Positions 60,903 to 64,000 of a stretch of DNA of 64,000 bases are shown one piece after another (position 1 is the first letter of the stretch; every line of letters begins with the position of its first letter). Below the pieces are notes generated by a model that saw only the letters and a program-made list of their open reading frames with translations, did no database searches and had not been told where the DNA came from. Source of the DNA: an uncultured delta proteobacterium (GTDB lineage Bacteria; Desulfobacterota; Desulfuromonadia; Geobacterales; Pseudopelobacteraceae); the NCBI GenBank assembly GCA_963772835.1, contig CAVYYZ010000009.1:119223-183222 (forward strand), read 5' to 3'. A program made the translations under genes and the position numbers.

Positions 60903-62863
60903 TCGTGAGAACGCCGTTACTTGAACTTTCCGGTCTCGGGCGCAGTTTCGCTACCGGTGAACATGAAATACAAGTGTTACAAGGGGTTGATCTTACAATC
61001 ATGGCCGGAGAAATGGTGGCGATTGTCGGCGCCTCCGGCTCAGGTAAATCCACCCTGATGAATATCCTTGGCTGCCTTGATCGCCCCAGTGAGGGTAGCT
61101 ACCGGGTCGGCGGACGGGAAACCAGCCAACTCTCCAATAACGAACTGGCCCGACTGCGGCGAGATCACTTCGGTTTCATCTTTCAGCGTTATCATCTGCT
61201 GCCTCACCTGACCGCTGTTCAGAACACGGAGATCCCGGCCATCTATGCCGGGGTTAACAAGCATAGTCGCCAGGAACGGGCGCGAACTCTTCTGGGCCGT
61301 CTCGGCCTGACAGACCGGTGCGATCACCGCCCCAACCAGCTCTCAGGCGGACAGCAGCAGCGGGTCAGTATCGCCAGGGCATTGATGAACGGCGGCGACG
61401 TTATCCTGGCGGACGAGCCGACCGGCGCCCTGGACAGTAAAAGCGGCAAGGAGATGATGGCGGTTCTCCACGAACTGCATGCCCGTGGGCACACCATCAT
61501 CCTGGTCACCCACGATCTGCAGGTTGCCAACAATGCCGAGCGGATCATCGAGATTTCCGACGGCATAATAATCCGTGATCAGCCGAATCCGGACCGGCCC
61601 GCATCAGCAACGCAAAGACTACTCGAAAAGGCTTCGGTTGAGGGCTCGACCAACTTCCTTACGGCCAACTGGGGGCGCTTTGCCGAGGCGTTCAAAATGG
61701 CCCTGATCGCCATGACCTCCCATCGAATGCGGACTCTCTTGACCATGCTCGGTATTATCATCGGCATCACCTCGGTCGTTTCGGTGGTGGCGCTTGGTAA
61801 AGGGGCGCAGCAAAAGGTTGTCAAGGACATCAGTTCGATGGGCACTAACATCATAGATGTCAATCCGGGCAAGGACAGGGGCGATGAGGATGCCCCCAGT
61901 ATCCAGACGCTTGTCCCTTCCGATCTGGAGGCACTGAAAGCGCAGGTCTACGTTGACAGTGCTTCCCCGGCAGTCGAAAGCAGCCAATTGCTTCGTTACC
62001 GTAACGTCACGGCCAATGCTTCGGTTAACGGAGTTGGTGAGCAGTATTTCCGGGTCAAGGGCTATGAAATGGCGAAGGGGGTGGCCTTCAACGCAGACGA
62101 TGTTAAGCAGCAGGCCCAGGTGGCGGTGATCGACGAAAACACGAACAAGAAGTTTTTCGCCAAAGAAGATCCGCTCGGCAAGATTATCTTCATCGGGTCG
62201 CTCCCCTGTCGGGTCATAGGGGTTACCAAGGAAAAGGACAGCCAGAGTGGTAACAGTTCGAACCTGGAAGCATGGATACCTGCCACTGCCGCCATGAACC
62301 GGCTTCTGGGCCAGCAGTATTTCAGGTCCATAACGGTCCGGGTTAAAGATGATATATCCAACCAGATTGCAGAACAGAGCATTATCAAGCTGATCAAACA
62401 GCGTCACGGCCGCAAAGACTTTCATACCGTCAGCAGCGACAGCATCATGAAAACCATCAACAAGACCACCTCCACCCTGACTTTGATGATCTCGGCTATT
62501 GCCGTTATCTCTCTGCTCGTCGGCGGGATCGGCGTCATGAACATCATGCTGGTGTCAGTCACAGAGCGGACCCACGAGATCGGCATACGGATGGCAGTCG
62601 GCGCCCGTCAGGAGGACATCATGCAGCAGTTCCTGATCGAATCGGTTCTGGTCTGCCTGCTGGGCGGCATGATTGGCATTATCCTTTCCTACGGTGTTGG
62701 CATGGTGTTCTCATTGTTCGTTACGAGCTTTGCCATGAAATTCTCCATTATGTCCATCGTTTCGGCATTTCTTTGTTCCACGCTGATCGGCGTCATCTTC
62801 GGTTTCCTGCCGGCGCGCAACGCGGCGCGTCTGGATCCAATCGAAGCACTTGCCAGGGAGTAG
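60899..62863 (+). CDS. macB: MacB ABC transporter (fused ATPase/permease)
   Basis: [39 protein letters not shown] and [13 protein letters not shown]. Confidence 0.95.
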   Translation: MIVRTPLLELSGLGRSFATGEHEIQVLQGVDLTIMAGEMVAIVGASGSGKSTLMNILGCLDRPSEGSYRVGGRETSQLSNNELARLRRDHFGFIFQRYHLLPHLTAVQNTEIPAIYAGVNKHSRQERARTLLGRLGLTDRCDHRPNQLSGGQQQRVSIARALMNGGDVILADEPTGALDSKSGKEMMAVLHELHARGHTIILVTHDLQVANNAERIIEISDGIIIRDQPNPDRPASATQRLLEKASVEGSTNFLTANWGRFAEAFKMALIAMTSHRMRTLLTMLGIIIGITSVVSVVALGKGAQQKVVKDISSMGTNIIDVNPGKDRGDEDAPSIQTLVPSDLEALKAQVYVDSASPAVESSQLLRYRNVTANASVNGVGEQYFRVKGYEMAKGVAFNADDVKQQAQVAVIDENTNKKFFAKEDPLGKIIFIGSLPCRVIGVTKEKDSQSGNSSNLEAWIPATAAMNRLLGQQYFRSITVRVKDDISNQIAEQSIIKLIKQRHGRKDFHTVSSDSIMKTINKTTSTLTLMISAIAVISLLVGGIGVMNIMLVSVTERTHEIGIRMAVGARQEDIMQQFLIESVLVCLLGGMIGIILSYGVGMVFSLFVTSFAMKFSIMSIVSAFLCSTLIGVIFGFLPARNAARLDPIEALARE

Positions 62864-62870
62864 CAGCATT

Positions 62871-64000
62871 ATGAACAAGTACCTTGTTTCAATCACATTC
62901 ATGCTTGCAGCCTCACTCATGCTGAGCGGTTGCAGCGCCCTTCTGCCCCGCAGCCAGTACACCCGGCCAGAAGCGATTTTACCGAGCCAGTGGCAAGCGT
63001 CTACGGTCACCGGCACAACGGTTGCCGCCAGTGAAAAATGGTGGCAGGACTTCAACGATCCGACCCTGAACGACCTGATCGAACGGGCGCTCAAGGCCAA
63101 CAATAATCTGGCGGCTGCCACTATCAGGGTCCGGCGTGCTCAGCTCTCTGCCAAGCTGACCGATACCAACCTGACGCCTACGGTATCTGTCGGGGCAAAC
63201 AGCAGTTTGAGGCGTGATCTGAACAGTCACGTCGATAACAGGTCAAGCGGCGCTGTCGGCACGGCAAGTTACGAGTTGGACCTCTGGGGCAAGCTTGCCA
63301 GTGCCCGCGATGCCAGCCACTGGGAAGCGGCAGCTACCGAATCGGATCGCCAGAGTACCGCACTGGCGTTGATCGGCACGGTCGCAACCAACTACTGGCA
63401 GATCGCTTACCTGAATGAACGCATTACCACAGTAGAGGCCAGTATCGCCTATGCAGAAAAGATCCTGGGCCTGGCAGAGGTTAAATACCAGGCTGGCGCA
63501 GTGTCTGCCCTGGACAAAGTCCAGGCGCAGCAGACTGTTGCCAGTCAGAAAGCCCAGCTTACGCAGCTCCAGCAACAACGCACGGAAGCACGCAGTGCCT
63601 TGGCGATCCTCTTTGATCAGGCCCCGGAGAATAAAATGCCGGAACAGCAGGCCTTGCCGGACAGTCCTCTCCCGAAGGTCGATGCCGGACTGCCCGCCAG
63701 CCTGCTCGCGCAGCGACCTGACCTGCAGTCGGCCGAGCAGCGCCTCCGGAAATACCTGGCAAACATCAACAACACCCGTGCCAGTTTCTATCCAAGTTTC
63801 ACACTGACCGGCGCCTTGGGAACAAGCAGCACCAGCCTGATCGAGGTGCTGCGCAACCCCTATACGTTATTAAACGTGGGGCTGGCACTCCCTTTCTTCC
63901 AGTGGAACACCATGGAACTGAATGTGGCGATAGCAAAGACCGACTATGAGGAGGCTGTGGTCAACTTCCGCCAGTCACTCTACTCAGCGCTCAGCGATGT
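62871..64000 (+). CDS. Outer-membrane efflux lipoprotein (TolC/NodT family), truncated by window end
   Basis: Lipobox LSG-C; WWQDFNDPTLNDLIERAL..NN.L, SYELDLWGKL and LLAQRPDL. Confidence 0.92.
   Translation, partial: MNKYLVSITFMLAASLMLSGCSALLPRSQYTRPEAILPSQWQASTVTGTTVAASEKWWQDFNDPTLNDLIERALKANNNLAAATIRVRRAQLSAKLTDTNLTPTVSVGANSSLRRDLNSHVDNRSSGAVGTASYELDLWGKLASARDASHWEAAATESDRQSTALALIGTVATNYWQIAYLNERITTVEASIAYAEKILGLAEVKYQAGAVSALDKVQAQQTVASQKAQLTQLQQQRTEARSALAILFDQAPENKMPEQQALPDSPLPKVDAGLPASLLAQRPDLQSAEQRLRKYLANINNTRASFYPSFTLTGALGTSSTSLIEVLRNPYTLLNVGLALPFFQWNTMELNVAIAKTDYEEAVVNFRQSLYSALSD

Overview
Bacterial DNA whose gene content resembles Geobacteraceae/Desulfuromonadales (inferred, not searched). 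It carries about 20 apparent single-base insertions that split genes, probably long-read errors. There are four blocks. (1) 1-25 kb is a salt/osmotic-stress and carboxylate-uptake region: APC permease, two MscS, NhaP, a sensor-fused OtsA with OtsB, two EctR/CosR-like MarR regulators and cardiolipin synthase. It contains a ~6.0 kb tandem duplication (leader peptide-IclR-DUF4212-ActP-like symporter-membrane protein-NhaD) with a candidate RAPP ribosome-arrest leader and a conserved overlapping uORF. (2) 25.2-26.5 kb is a likely island junction with short direct repeats and an IS200-like remnant. (3) 26.5-47 kb is a 15-gene, co-oriented, apparently all-cytoplasmic signalling array (6 histidine kinases, 12 receiver domains, 1 Hpt). 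Its front end encodes a stand-alone CarH-type B12-binding domain and a heme oxygenase fused to a putative bilin-binding globin-like domain. Its tail encodes hemerythrin, a PAS-GGDEF and an EAL-HDOD protein. This is the best candidate for an undescribed system: a split photocobilin-like light/redox network controlling c-di-GMP. Upstream lies a (CAGA)12-containing candidate sRNA. (4) 47.6-64 kb holds an ICE/plasmid-type operon of small genes (RadC, DUF4942, DUF2786, DUF6573) followed by BaeSR-like and MacAB-TolC-like genes. All family calls are by eye from motifs; no searches were run.
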